Shown here in pieces: positions 1 to 13,090 of a stretch of 64,000 nt of DNA. Below the pieces are notes generated by a model, which searched no databases, was not told the DNA's origin, and was given only the letters and a program-made list of their open reading frames with translations. The position numbers were made by a program, and so were the translations under genes. Positions within the stretch are counted from its first letter, which is position 1, and each line of letters begins with the position of its first letter. The DNA comes from Macrostomum lignano (lineage: Eukaryota): assembly GCA_002269645.1 (NCBI GenBank), contig NIVC01002675.1, forward strand, positions 1-64,000, read 5' to 3'.

Positions 1-810
1 GCATCAGAGGCCAATCTGGCAACTTCATTTTCCCCGTGCCAATTGTTTTTGTAAGTGTAAAAAAAGTGCCAAATGAATTGAAATGATATGATGGAATTGT
101 TAGTTTGTTATTGTTAGTACAATATGTACATGTTACTCAAAATTTAGTGTCTTGGAAATATTTATCCTCAAGAATTTGGCTAGTTGCCAATGGGCAACCA
201 AAAATAGCCATTGGCAACTGGATTTTGAGCCCCAAGGGCCAGCTGGCAACTGGATTTCCAACCTTAAAAAAACCCAGGCCAGGCATAGGCTCTGTTTACA
301 TACACTGGCCTGTTTACTATTCTTAGGTATATCACACTGCTGCCCTCACTTTTCTTTGCATTGCAAATAAACTTGCTTAGCTTAGGTCGTGAAAATGCGC
401 CCTGAATGTTAAGTTTTATAACTATTTTTTGGGCACAACTTTGCTTCACTACATTTGTGCACAAGTTTAGACACATTTCATAGTTTGATTCCAAGCTTTT
501 CTAATTTACCTTTAGTCCATGAAATAATAGTTAAGCTAATGGTCAGTATATAGTCATAAATACATTATCAGTATGCAAATTTCTCCCAATCTATGTTCTG
601 CTGGTTCACTCTAGAAAATTACAAATATAGTTTTGAAAAATGTTCTATACCACATTTTTCATCTTCTTTTTGAAAATATTCATAGTACAATACAGCTTCA
701 AAAGTTACTATCTGACCCGCCTTATAAAGTAGCTCAGTGGTGACATTTAACCTTCAAGCAAGGTCCAACCATTAAGACGCAGTGTGTGATAAAAAAGGCC
801 ACTTTTTGAT

Positions 811-1098
811 TACACCTGCCCTAATGGCCAGATGTGCAACCGACAGCTCAGCCGCAGCTATTGCGCGGCGCATCTGAAGGCTGCATACGGCTGTTCAGTC
901 CAAGGACTGGGGGTCGCCACACACACCCCCAATTGCCCCAGCTAATGCTGGCACCCATTTTACAGCTGGGTGAACTGAAGCAATGCAGAGTTATTAAGTG
1001 TCTTGCTCAAGGACACGAATTGTTCAGAGTGTGTCGAGAATCGAACCTCCGACCTTTTCGTTGTTAGTCCGACGCTCTGACCACTAGGCTAAAATCCC
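811..1098 (-). mobile_element. tRNA-derived SINE with CORE-like domain, copy 1
   Basis: Minus strand reads gggattttagcctagtggtc (A-box) ... ggttcgattc (B-box), then gtgtccttgagcaagacactt...cagttcacccagctgtaaaatggg, which resembles the MIR/CORE domain. Near-identical bodies occur at 7566-7834 and 39585-39865. Confidence 0.8.
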
Positions 1099-1167
1099 TA
1101 CGAAAGGCCCCCTGTGTTTGAATCTCAATTGATTTTGTCATTTCATGCTCCCCGAATCGGCTCGCGA

Positions 1168-1404
1168 ATGGTGGACCTGAACAATCCGAAGAGCCCGGTC
1201 AAGGAGGGCATTGACAATGCCATTTTCATTTTGCCAGCCATGGTAGTCGTGGCCCTGATGATGTTCTTCGGCTATCGCTTCTATAAGCACCACAAGGATA
1301 AGCGGGAGGCGGCCGAGAGTAAGCGCAAGCTCAAGCAGCAGCGCAGGGAGAAGGAGATGGCCAAGAAAGGCGGCCAGCCCGCCCAGGTCAAGAAAGCTCG
1401 ATGA
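1168..1404 (+). CDS. Small single-pass membrane protein (78 aa) with basic C-terminal tail; family not recognised
   Basis: ATG at 1168 inside track ORF 1114-1404. GC-rich codon usage like the other exons. Hydrophobic AIFILPAMVVVALMMFFGY followed by a K/R/E-rich helix. Confidence 0.7.
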   Translation: MVDLNNPKSPVKEGIDNAIFILPAMVVVALMMFFGYRFYKHHKDKREAAESKRKLKQQRREKEMAKKGGQPAQVKKAR

Positions 1405-4400
1405 AGGAAATTCGAACTGCATCGAATAGAGTTAACAGAAATTCATTGAACTGACTTTTCTGTTTGTTTTGCTAGCATTTTTTTCAAATTTTAGGACATG
1501 GGAAATCACAATAAGTTTTGTACTGTACTTATTCTGTTTGGCTGTTTTGGAATTCCAGAAAATAATAGTCATTAGATGTTACTTGTATTTGTGAAAGCTT
1601 TAGTCTTGACGTTCTGATTTATTTCCTTTTGTTTTGTCGTTTTGGGAGAATTTGTCAGCGAAGCTCTGAAGCTTTGACCATTCTATATAGTCTGCCCGGG
1701 GCCTTTGGGATTCGTAAGCCGGTCTCTGTACTGTATCTTTTGTTTTGTCGTTGAAATCGATTCAACCAATATATGATTTTATTATACTATTTAATGCAAT
1801 GAACAAAAATTATCGTTAAACTACTTCGAAGAAATTACTCCTGCCAATTCGTTTTGCGAAGGCAAGAAAAAGCTTTCCTGGTCCGTCTTCTTTTCCTTTT
1901 TTTGGATGTTTCTTTCCTTTTCCATTGCGCTCTGTGTAGCGGCTCGAGTGTCGACTTAATTCCGTACTGACAGGTGTCTTCTGTGTGTCCGGCCGTGACT
2001 GTCTTCGGCCAGAATGCAAACACAGCGCACACGGTTTTCATGCTATTCCACACAGCTTTATTTCAATTTTGTTATAGCTTTAATGCGCTGCAACGTGTGC
2101 TCTGTCTGTCATTCTGTTTGCTTCTCAACTCTCAACTCTCACGCAGGCATCGCTGCAGAATTTCTTTTCTGAAATTCGTTGCAGAACAGTCGGTGCAGTG
2201 CTCGGAGACTTTGCTGCTAATTGTACTGGTTGCGCAAAAATATTATTTATTAATCTGTCTATTGTTGTCCCGTCTAGTTTGGTTGATTGACTTTTAATGC
2301 CTCTATTATAAAATTTATTAATAATAAATTATTTTATTGCCAATTTTACTTGGAACACAAAGAAATCGGCAATTTCCATGGTGAAAAATCGTTTCTGGGT
2401 TTTTTATTTTGCAGTTTCTTTGTCCTAGATAACTGGCTATCTTAGGAAAGATGAAATTATTATCTGAAATGCCATGTAGATATTATAGATACGAGTTCAC
2501 CCTGTAAATAACCTATGGCATTTTCAATTCAGTAGTGCGTTGCGCGATTAAGTCAGTAATTTTTTTTAATTAAAAGGGATACTTTAAACCAAGTTTTCAA
2601 GTTTTAGTTAATTGGCAGTTTTGATGGCAATACGGGCTACTTTGAGTAGAAGCATTTGATTTTGTGCTATTCAATTCAACATTAAATGTTTATTCTGTGG
2701 ACATCTTAATCAGAGGGCACTTTTAAAGTAATTCACCTTCTACTTAAACAGCTTTTTTGGTTGAGGTTAACCTATAAACTTTCAGAGGGTGTATAAGCGT
2801 ACCTGAACAGGGGAACTGATATTATCCCAAGACCGCTGGTGCAATTATCTTTATAATAATCCGATTAGTTTCAACACTTCGTAATTTAACACTCTAATGC
2901 AGGGGCCACATGCAGCCCGTGAAGCCTCTCTATCCGACCCTCTGGTCCTTTAAAGCTTCACAATAGCAATCCGGCGCGCTCAAGGTTTGTGTCTCTTCTC
3001 AACTCTCTTTTCTTTTTCTTCAGAGCTTAAGATCTCTTTGAGAGTCGATGTTCACCTCAGAGTCCTGGCTGACTAGTCTGGTCCAAAAAATTAGGCCTCT
3101 GGTTTGGTGTGAGATTTCACTTTTCTGCTTTATCCCATGTCTAAAATCCCATGATGCTTCGTCCCATCTGAAATCCTTGGCTTCTCCTCTCTGGCTGGCA
3201 GCAGCAACTCTCAGGGGAGGATTTACCTACTCACTCAGCGCTCAAGCCCTGCTGCTCTGCCGTGAGCACGCCCGGTGCTTTCGCCCCAATTAGTTCCGAT
3301 CGAACCTGCGACTGCCAAGCCTCGAAGTCCCATCGAGCTCGGCTCGTGTGCCTGCCTGCCAGCCTTAATTAAATCTATCGTTAGCAAATTAATGCTATCG
3401 GTATTTTTCGATGGCCTTGGGGGGGTAGTTTTTGACTGGTGTATGCAAGTTGAATGAATTCAATCAAAAAGTAACTGTGGTTATGTGCGTGATGCTTGTA
3501 ACTTTGAGTAGTTTTACCTTTTTAGTTCTGGGTATATCCCATCAGCCAGGTAATTTCTTTGATGCAATCTCTTCAAAAATTAAAAAAATTCTTTTTCAGT
3601 CGCGCATTAAAGTGAAGACGCAAACCAGTTAAATGTTGTACGCTGTAAAACGGTAAAACGGTATGGTTGTATTTTCGGGTTTTTAATTTTATTCAACAAT
3701 GTGGTAAAGCTCAATAGACGAGGATAGTAACACTGATGATTGTGCAAGGGTACAGTTACGCGCTATGTAGGATAGAATACTAAACAATTTTATACAGTCA
3801 TGCAAAGATAATGGCAATGTGGAAAAGGATTCTTTTATCATACATTCATTTGCAGTATTCATATGATAAATATGTATCTTATCATTAAAAGCCGCCATAG
3901 ATCATCTTTAGTATTTCTTGACGTATATTTTTTATAGAGGTCGCGATTGCAGAGAGACGTGCTCAAAAATTGATAGATCAGTTTCTCTGGTTCTAATTAG
4001 CTTATAGTTACGATAGTGTGCCTCGCTATTTATGAAAAGTTGCTTGATAGATAGGGTTATAGCCGACTAGGTTTATATAGTGGATTAATATACGTCCTAT
4101 CCAATGTAGTTCGCTCGTTTTGGCTTGTTTCCCAAACTTATCGACCCATGTAAACAGCTCGCACTTGCTTGGTATGTGGAAGAAGTTTCTATATTTATAA
4201 TCCACTGCTCATTTTGACCAATGACTGCTAGTACCACTGAAGACTTTTCAAAATTGATGCGATGCATAAGGTACGAGCGTAAACTTTACTGTCACAGTCA
4301 GCCAAGCCTTCTATCCAAGCCGACTAGTTAAAACAAATTTTTTGGCCAATGCTCTAAAGTTTCACGCACCAGGAGGCTATGTGTATCGACACACAGGTTG

Positions 4401-4819
4401 GGGCATGCATGCTTTGGATAAGAAGTAGCATAATTATTCAAGATAGAAAATTACAAGCAAGTGGTGCAAAAAAGCAGTCGCGCACACAAGCGCGTGTTGG
4501 TGAATACAAATTTCATATTTTAGATTAAATGTAAGCCAGTTGAGAAACAACCCAAGCGCTTTGCTCAGCCGCTATTCTCAGTTCTATGCAGTTGAGCTTC
4601 CTGTTTTCAACTGTTGGCGGATTTTTTATGTTTGAGTCGGGCACTCGTTGGACTTCTCTGTGACAGGAGGCAGATCTGCGGCATGGAATAAAGAAACTGG
4701 TGGATTAATAATTTATGAAAGTGAGGCTATTGTAGCCACTGACAATCTGCCTCAAGTAGCAACCTACCATATCCTATCCTTTATCCGTAAGCTGAGCAGC
4801 AAAGTCTTAGCAGGTGCAG

Positions 4820-7800
4820 TCAGACTCGACCAATCAGGAACTCCTCGTTGGCCTCCGCGACCTTCTGATTTGGCGCTCTGGATCCCTTGAGCTTCTTGCT
4901 GTAGAGGAAGAATAGAATGCCTGCCATGCCGTTAGCCACAGCTGAGAGGATAACCACTATGAGACTGTAGCTGTAGGACCACGCCTTGACCTCGACCAGC
5001 ACGCTGATCCGCTGGGGATCCTCGGTGCCGCCAACTGTCTTGTCGTCTAGGCCGCTAGCCAGAGCGCCCTGACGCGGGAATCTGATCAGCTTCTTCTCTG
5101 ATCTCTCCATGCGAAGCATCCGGGTGTACACATCTACGCAGACTATTAGGCAGGCCACTGCGCGTATGATAATGGTGGGGTTTTGATTGGCATATAGCAA
5201 AGCGTTTACTTTGTCACGGTAGTACTTAATGCATCGTTTGTCTTTGAGCTGCACGATTTGCATTCTCCGTAAAGCATCTATCAAATCGCTCTAAAGAGCA
5301 ACATTTTTACATTCTAACTAAAGCTTCAGTGAAAGTACACTGGATATGCAGCTGGGATTCCTTGAATATCCTAATGTTAAAGTGTATCAGCTGTGTCGCA
5401 GGACACTGAACTGGACGTCATTGGGAGGCGAGGGGAGAGAAATAGAGGATTTGGTTGTGGGAACCCGGACCAACTGTGCCTCGATGCCGTCCGTCTACAT
5501 CAGTCCGCAGTGAAGTGCTGCGTATTTTCTTGCATATATTATGCCGGGCATCTTCAACCACTTGCCTTTAGGGCGGTATGGACGAATGACATTTTCTATC
5601 AAGGGAGAGTGACAGAGAGAGGTAGGGAACTGGCGTAGATGGCTGGCATGTGCCAAGATATTAACTGCGTTTTTGATACTTAAATTGCTGTTTATTCTTT
5701 AGTTTGCGACGCTTACAGAGTTTAAATCAAAGCTTTCGGGTGGGCTATACTTGCTGAGCGGATCGTACGAGGTCGTAAATTTGACAGCTAAAACGAAATT
5801 TTTGCTAACTAATTTTTTCCACCTAGAAGCAAATGCGTGATAAACAAAAATCGAACACTCTGGAGGTTACTCTGGAGCGATTCAGGCGCATTGTCGCCGA
5901 GCTAGAGCATTGTCTTACTCTTGAATGCAAGGTAAGGTAGAGGAAAAATAATGAACAAAAGCAAGCTTCGGTTGAAAAATCACATTTTTTGTGTGACGAA
6001 TAACAAAGGAAATTCGAAACGATTTTCGAAACGAAACCGAAAAGATCGGTAATCTACAAATCAGACCAAAGGGAAGTCTTAAAACATTTAAGACCTTAAC
6101 GTAAAAATTGTTGAGACATGATTTTAATCAGATTAGCTTGGATTCCTGAGAAAATTCTAAGAATAGTGAAGCTTAAATTCGGAGAATGATTTCTAAACAA
6201 GATTGCTGTAAGGCTCTTTAGGAATGCCAAGGTACAACACGAAAATCAGATCGAAGCGATGCGGTACACAATTATTAAGATGTGTTAGGAGACCCCGGTA
6301 AGCGGCAGTTTGTGCAAAGTAGACGCGGCTTTTAAGGTCATCCCAATGAAAAATCGACCTCACAGCGGAGCCACGATATCTTGAATATAGACAGCAGTAT
6401 AACTGCAGCTTGGCACTCGGTCCAACTGGCTGCATCGCCAGTCAAGCGCAACGGAAAGTGATGACACCCAGCTGCTGCTGCTGAATGCCAGCTTGTTTTT
6501 CCTCCCTTTCCCAGCCCACCGCTTGGACTGTCCCCAGTCGACCTTTTTCATCGTGTCACATCTTCGCGTCCTTCTGTTATTATTCGGTGTCTTTCGTCTC
6601 TCCTTTGTACAAGAACCATCGATTCTAGAGGATACCTAGGCTACTGTTTACCTTGAATATTTTTTTAGTCTAAGGAAAAGTGTCTATTTTTCTGTTCTAG
6701 CCGCAAACAAATGCTCTCGCGGTGGGCCCAGATTTATTGCGAATTATGTTGGACATAGTGTGTTTATATAGGATACTCACTAGTCATTCCGTACAGCGCC
6801 GCGGCTGCTCTCTTGAACGTATAACGCGGATGCTTTAACGAATAGACGGCGAAAACGTTGGATAGAACCATCATCAGCAGACTGATGCCAATAAAGGAGA
6901 CTGTGGTGCGCAACAGAGCTGTGGAAGTTGGGTATTAAGTACAAAGCATATAGATATCACGAAAACATTGAGCTACTATTTACCATGTACCCACACCATC
7001 CATGAGGCAGAATCCTCGTGTGCATCGTTTGTCTATGCGAGCTACTTTGCACTGAAATGTTCCCTTTAATGCATTAGCTGTTTATCCACCAATGCTGACA
7101 GACCCAGCTTCTCTCTTTTTTGCGTCTCGTTCTGTTTGCCTTCCCATTATTTCTACTGCAGGCTTGTAGAAACTGTAGAGTAGTTTTCTGCCTTGTGTTT
7201 TAGCTTCCCAACCTCTGCTGGGAAGCTGTGCGTAGGCATGTGACTTTCGGGGGCAAGCACAGCAACAGTACCAGAGAAGCGCTCTAGGCTGCTCCATTTC
7301 CTTCTCCTCCTCTTACCCCTCCTCTATGCTGCTGAAAAGCTTTAAACAATGAAGCTTTGCCGATTAGCTGGACTAGATGGGCCTTAATGCTTCTCAATGC
7401 CAGAGAAATTCGCTCCTAACTAAAATATACACAATGAACCCTCTATCCACACAGGCATTACTTTGTAAACAGCTTGGCTGAAATTATAGAATGAGAATTT
7501 GTTAGCTACAGTATTACTAATTAATTAAAGTAATTAAAGTATTTAATAGCTGCTACGGCTATTATTTTAGGTACGGAGGCTCACGACTAAAAGGTCGGGG
7601 GTTCGATTCTCGACCCACTCTGAACAATTTGTGTCCTTGAGCAAGGCACTTTACTCTGCATTGCTTCAGTTCACCCATCTGTAAAATGGGTGCCAGCATT
7701 AGCTGGGGTAATTGAAGGTGTGTGGCGACCCCCCAGTCCTTGGACTGAACAGCCGTACACAGCCTTCAGATGCACCGCGTAATAGCTGCGGCTGAGCTGT

Positions 7801-10800
7801 CGGTCGCACATCTGCCCATATTAGTGCAGGTGTCATCAATTATTTTTATTACTATTATTATTATTTTGTTTTATTCGCTGTGACCTTATCCTTGGAGTAA
7901 TGAAAATTCCTACTTTCGTACTTACAAGGCGGAATAGTTTGTAATAACAGAAGAAAAGTGAGCGAGACGGAGATAAACTAAAACAGACAGTACAGTACGA
8001 GCATTTGAGAAGTACTCATACTGTTCTATACTAGTAAATAAGCTCCTTATATGGACTCTAAGAAATTCCCATAGTTATAGTTAGGAGCCAAACGGACTCA
8101 GAGTAATTGTTCGCTGGATTCCTAAGCTACACAGCTGTGCTCACTTCGTTAGCTGGGCCAGACACCAGACAGAGCTTGGGAAAGAGAAAATTTATTCTTC
8201 TGTTAATTATATTTTGCCCACTTGTTCTGAAGAATTCTGTTGTAAACCGCGCACTCTATCTACCTATACGAGCTATGCACGTATTTACCTTCCAATGAGG
8301 TATTAGAAAAAGCTATACCCAGCAGTATGAAAAGCGGCTGGAAAAAATCTTACCTGTAATTGTGTGATCCAATTTTCTCTCGTATGAATCCTCGAACAGA
8401 TGAATGAGCACGTAGTCGTACGATTGTTGGCCCACTGAAGTGCGGAACATCCGGTTGAAAGGTATCATAGTGGGCATTCTGATTCATGCATATTTAGAAC
8501 TTATTATGAGCCAGATAAAGCACATATAAGCTGTCTGTTGGTTTGTAGGTCGCATCAAAAGCAAACCAAAGACCTGCACCACTTCTGTCAGACTTGAATA
8601 GCTTTTGAAGGCGAGGCTTTTTAGGAAACCAGCGTTTTTTATTCCTGAGATGCCAATCTCAGTAGGATTACGGTGCCATTTAGAGCCTGGAGGGCGGGAA
8701 GGGTCGAGGCACGCGGAACCCCTTGACTTCAGCGTCTCTAGAGACTAAATCTACGACTACATGTATAAGCGCTGTAAGGAATTATAGGAGCCATAGCTAG
8801 CATGCAAATGAGCTCCGATTTTGCTCAAGTCCCGTGATGCAGCTAATCAGATCGGCAGCCGCAACCAGCCTCGGTTTTCAGTTCCCTTATTCACTGCCTC
8901 TTCAGCCCGTTCGAATATTAAAAATCTGTTTGCTCTCACTGTTCCTCTGCGAGGGTTAAGCGACCTACTAACCTTTGTATCGCTCCTTTTGTCGACCTAT
9001 CCTCTTTAATTTGGAGTTACTCGGTTTGACCTGAATGCTACTTTAAAAGATCAGGTGCCTGGGACATCTCCGGTGTTGTGTTTTCCTCTGCACTAGTATT
9101 ATTGACATCGCATTCTGATCCTGCTAAACCGCTGAAATCCCAGTTTTCTGACACGGCCTGTTCTATATATTTAACCATTTCCCCATACATTTCCAAGACC
9201 GCAGCAGCCAAAAAAATCCGGGTTGAAAGACTGACTGACGCATTCGGCACCCTTGATGAATTGTCACGCAAACGGCACTGGGAGCTGCTCATATCGCTCG
9301 TGGGAAGAAAATTATTCTTTCTTTCCGCTCGCCTTGAATCCTAGCTGGCCTTGAAAGCATTCATCGAAGTCGCTAACCAATACTCTGAGGCAAAATGAGT
9401 GCAGGAAATACTTATTGAAGACAGGCAGAGGACAGAGAAGTATAAAAATGAGAAATGATCGGTACGTTCGCGCTTTTGAGGCTTCCGAATGCTTAAATTC
9501 AACCAAAAATCCTTCCTGCAATGTTTCTCTTCCCAATCTCTGCACAGTTGGGCGGCATTAGATTGGAAAATTGGGGCTGCATTTCCAGTGCCTGCCGAAA
9601 CAGCATTCTGGGAATACAAAAGCCAGGCGTCCCGGCACACCTGGCTCCATCCCCTCCGACCGTCAATGCTTCTTTTCGTCTGCCTGTTCTTGAAGTTCAG
9701 GGATTGAGGGCTCGGTGCGGGGGGGGGCATGATGCACCCGAATCACCGAAGCGGTTGCTGAATTTGTGTAACATTTTCCCCCTGCCTCTCCAGCCTTCCC
9801 TTGCACAATCGCTTTTACCTTGTAGAGAGAAACAGCGGGATTCATCGGGCCCAGTCGAGGTTAAATAAACTGGGATTCATACAGCTGGCTTGGCTTGTCT
9901 CCATCCATTTGCATCGCGGGGCCCAAAGTAATGAGCAATAAATAATTGATCCAACCGTTATAACATCATAAAGATTTCAGAATAACTTAGGTATTACGGA
10001 CTCAGCATATTTTATATATCTCAAGGAATAACTGGGCTCAGAGGACTAGAGATGTTGACGAGTCTCGAGCACACCTCTCGAGAACCTGGCGACCCGCTGC
10101 CTTGATAAGTAGGGGCTTTCGCCGATCAGTTTCGCCGCTCTCGTCTGCTCGCCAAGAGGCCGGGCCTAATTCGCGTGAATTTTCTTTAGCGCGCCCCGAC
10201 GTCAGGGGAAGCATAATTAATTCCTATAAATAGCGCCCGAACCGGATTCTCCGAATGCGTTTGACAAAAATTGGCTGAATCTTAGTTCAGCTCATACATA
10301 GAATTGCAGTCGCGCGATCCGCTGCTGTCGTGTCTTCGGTAATGGTGCAATACATCGATTGATATGCAGGTACACCTTGTCTCTGTAACTGCTTATCTTT
10401 GCCATTATTTTTGTCCAAATGATCAGCAACTCTCCATCGACAAACCCCAAGGCTCACTTTTAGAAAGTCTTTAGCTCAAGCAGATTCAAATGCAAATTCC
10501 TCCGGTTTTATTCCGTATCTGAGCTGACTTACCGCTATACGAAAGCTTCCACAGTCCCTGACTAGCTGTCAAATTCTGCCCATTCTCCGCCACCATCTGG
10601 AGACGCGCCCAGGTGTTGGTGAAGGCGCCCAGCACCACCAGGAGACCGCTGGCAGCAGCCACTGCGGTGCAGACAACCAGCACCCTGGTCTCCATTTTCC
10701 ACAGGCGCCATGTTTCCGCTGAAGCCTGCAAGCAGCCGGGCAGGGCGCCAGCAACGCGCTGCGGCCGCTGCTGCGACTTTCGTTTCGACTGCTGTTGCTC

Positions 10801-11031
10801 TACAGGGTTGGGCTTGTCGGGCTCGTCCAGCGTCTCAACTTCAACCTCTTCCGTGTCCGCCGTCACTGAAGCTACGGACGCCGCCGCTGATGTTGCCTTC
10901 GCCGATGCCTCCACCGCGGCGGCGTCAGTATGATCGTTCGATGCCGACTCCGTGGTTCCTTCCGATTGGAGCGAAGATTTCTCCTTGTCCAGTCCCTGCT
11001 GGTGCTGGTGCTGTCTGCAACTTGCCTGCAT
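4820..11031 (-). CDS. PMP22/claudin-superfamily four-TM protein (TMEM114/235-like), 5 exons
   Basis: Exons 10533-11031 (alternative ATG 10695), 10298-10382, 8354-8478, 6781-6918, 4820-5157; all GT-AG, phases 1/2/1/1 consistent. TM1 RVLVVCTAVAAASGLLVVLGAF, GLW motif, TM2 followed by YSLKHPRYTFKRAAA, TM3 MACLIVCVDVY, TM4 YSYSLIVVILSAVANGMAGILFFLY. Confidence 0.85.
7566..7834 (+). mobile_element. tRNA-derived CORE-like SINE, copy 2 (in claudin-like intron 3)
   Basis: B-box ggttcgattc at about 7600, CORE-like tgtgtccttgagcaaggcactt...atctgtaaaatggg; reverse complement of 811-1098. Confidence 0.8.
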
Positions 11032-12484
11032 GCGACCTGCCTGAATTTATCCGTCAGGCTGGCGGTTTGCTGGACGTCACCTCTTCTTCCCTTCTCCCTC
11101 TCTTCCCCTGTGCCCATTCGGTTTTATTTTTTCCTGTCTGCTTCGTTGGTTGGCAGGGAGGAGGTTGGCAGTACTGCAACTCCCAACCCCTCCTCTCCCT
11201 CCCTTCCCCTCTGTCCTCCCCACTCGCCTTGCCACAGAGAGACGCCTGTCTGCTTTCTGAATAGCAGAACTTGCTGATCCTGCTTTGCAATTGCCGGTCT
11301 CGCTTTTGAATTTTGAATTTTGAATCTCGCTTCTCGCGTTTTACTGCCTTATCTGCGTCTCCAGTTCAATGCCATGGTACACTTATATTTCTTTAATTCT
11401 GTTGCACATAAAGACAGGAGATACGGGGTTAGTTGGGTATCATGTTAAGGTTGATGAGCTGCTCATTTTTGCTATACCATACACGCGTGTAAATGGGAAG
11501 TTATAATCCTACTGTACATTTTTAGCGATGTACAGTAGGATTTTGCCTTGGCTAAGGCCTAAGGTCTAAGGCCTTGGCTTAGAATGTTACGTAACGGTGT
11601 GAGAAGGCGAAAGTCGAATGCTAGCTGACTCATCTTCTGTTCCACTGAGCAGACCTGGGGATATTTAGCAGGTCCTAGAGCTAGGCACCTGAGAAAATGA
11701 ATGCTTGCATCAGTGACCCCTCCCTGCCGTGCCTCTCTTGCATTTCACCTGCGACATTTCCTAGTCGCCCACCCTCACACGCACCCACCATTTGGTTTGC
11801 ACTTGCCGCATCTCCCGTGTGTTGCACCAGCCTACACGAGGCTCAGCCCCTTGCTAATACAAATGAGGACATCTGATATCGGCAGATCGATTGCATCTGC
11901 CCTGTGCACTATTATTTCTCCTTTGTCTTGCTTTGCTTGAAAAAGCACAATAAAGGCAAGTAGAGGTCGCTCCGCACTGCTTTTTGTGGGTCAATGAATT
12001 CCCCAGCTTTTGCTAGAGTAGGCAGTTTTGTTTTGTGCTTCTCCTAGCCCACGTGTTCAGTAATAATAGTGCATTCAACTCACCTAGCATATTCTGCGTC
12101 ATCATTGCCCAGTGCACTGAGATGCACTTACTACATTTCGTGATAGAAAGCGCAAATGTCTCGTGTATGAACTACGAGTATTCTTAGACTTAATTTATTA
12201 CTTTACTTGTCATTGGTAATATTTACCGGTAAGAGCTTCGATAAATTCAAAAAAAATCTTAAAATGTAAGCAAATGCGATACGAGAGTATATATATATAA
12301 AGAATCACCTGAACCGCTTACAGATTTAAGGTAACAGCCGCTGAAATCGCGCGGCGCCACCCAAATACTGTACACACATTTTACAGTGCTGAGACAGGGG
12401 GGAGGGCGCTGTCCCTATCACAGCCGGGTTAACAGGAGCTCAGCTAATTTGACCAACCACTCACAATGGCTACCTTGATTTGGT

Positions 12485-12860
12485 GTGTCTCTTCTCAGCT
12501 CTCTTCTCTCTATTTTCTTCTTTCTTCTCTCCTCTATTCCCTCCTCTCATCTCTCTCTCTTCTCTCCTCTCCTCTTTTCTTATCTCATTTCTTCTCTCAT
12601 CTCATCTCTCCTCTCTTCTCTCTCTTCTCTCCTCTCCTCTTTTCTTATCTCATTTCTTCTCTCATCTCATCTCTCCTCTCTTCTCTCTCTCTTCTCTCCT
12701 CTTCTCTTTTCTTATCTCATTTCTTCTCTCCTCTCATCTCTCCTCTCTTCTTTCTCTTATATTTTCCCTCATCGCATCTCTCATCTGGCCTCTCACTTCT
12801 CCTCTCTTCTGTTAGCTCTTATCTCCCTCTTTATTCTTTTTTCTCCCCATTCCCTCTCCT
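12485..12860. repeat. CT-rich low-complexity degenerate tandem repeat
   Basis: Recurrent ctctcttct/atctc units; explains the S/L-rich track ORFs. Confidence 0.9.
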
Positions 12861-12896
12861 TCCCACTCTCACCTGGCCCGCAGCAATGATCTAGGT

Positions 12897-13090
12897 CAGC
12901 GGTTCTCAACCTTTTTTCAGGCGACCCCAATTTATTCACTTGCATCATTTTTTAATGCTCGCGACCCCTTTAATAATCAATATAATGCATCATTAAGTAT
13001 GACGTTCTCACACATTTCTTAGTGCTGCGACCCCCAAAAATGGTCACCCGACCCCATTGTTGGTCGCGACCCACAGGTTGTGAACCACTG
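12897..13090. mobile_element. hAT (Charlie-like) MITE, 194 bp
   Basis: TIRs cagcggttctcaacc (12897-12911) and ggttgtgaaccactg (13076-13090) match at 13/15. 8-bp TSD atctaggt / atctcggt matches at 7/8. Internal gcgacccc motifs. Confidence 0.8.

Noticed and set aside
1-290. Transposon end with repeated ggcaact motifs and a short hairpin
   Set aside because: It is cut by the window edge, with no partner terminus or TSD visible.
1020-1098. tRNA gene (also near 7570-7620, 24630-24694, 29410-29480)
   Set aside because: A/B boxes are present but no complete cloverleaf is evident; three are heads of SINE bodies and the 29.4-kb one is too degenerate.
1640-1705. Dispersed repeat resembling 22005-22060 in inverted orientation
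   Set aside because: The similarity is short and patchy; it cannot be told from chance by eye.
4820-5284. Stand-alone 154-aa gene as listed in the track
   Set aside because: Only 4820-5157 is exon; it splices in phase to 6781-6918.
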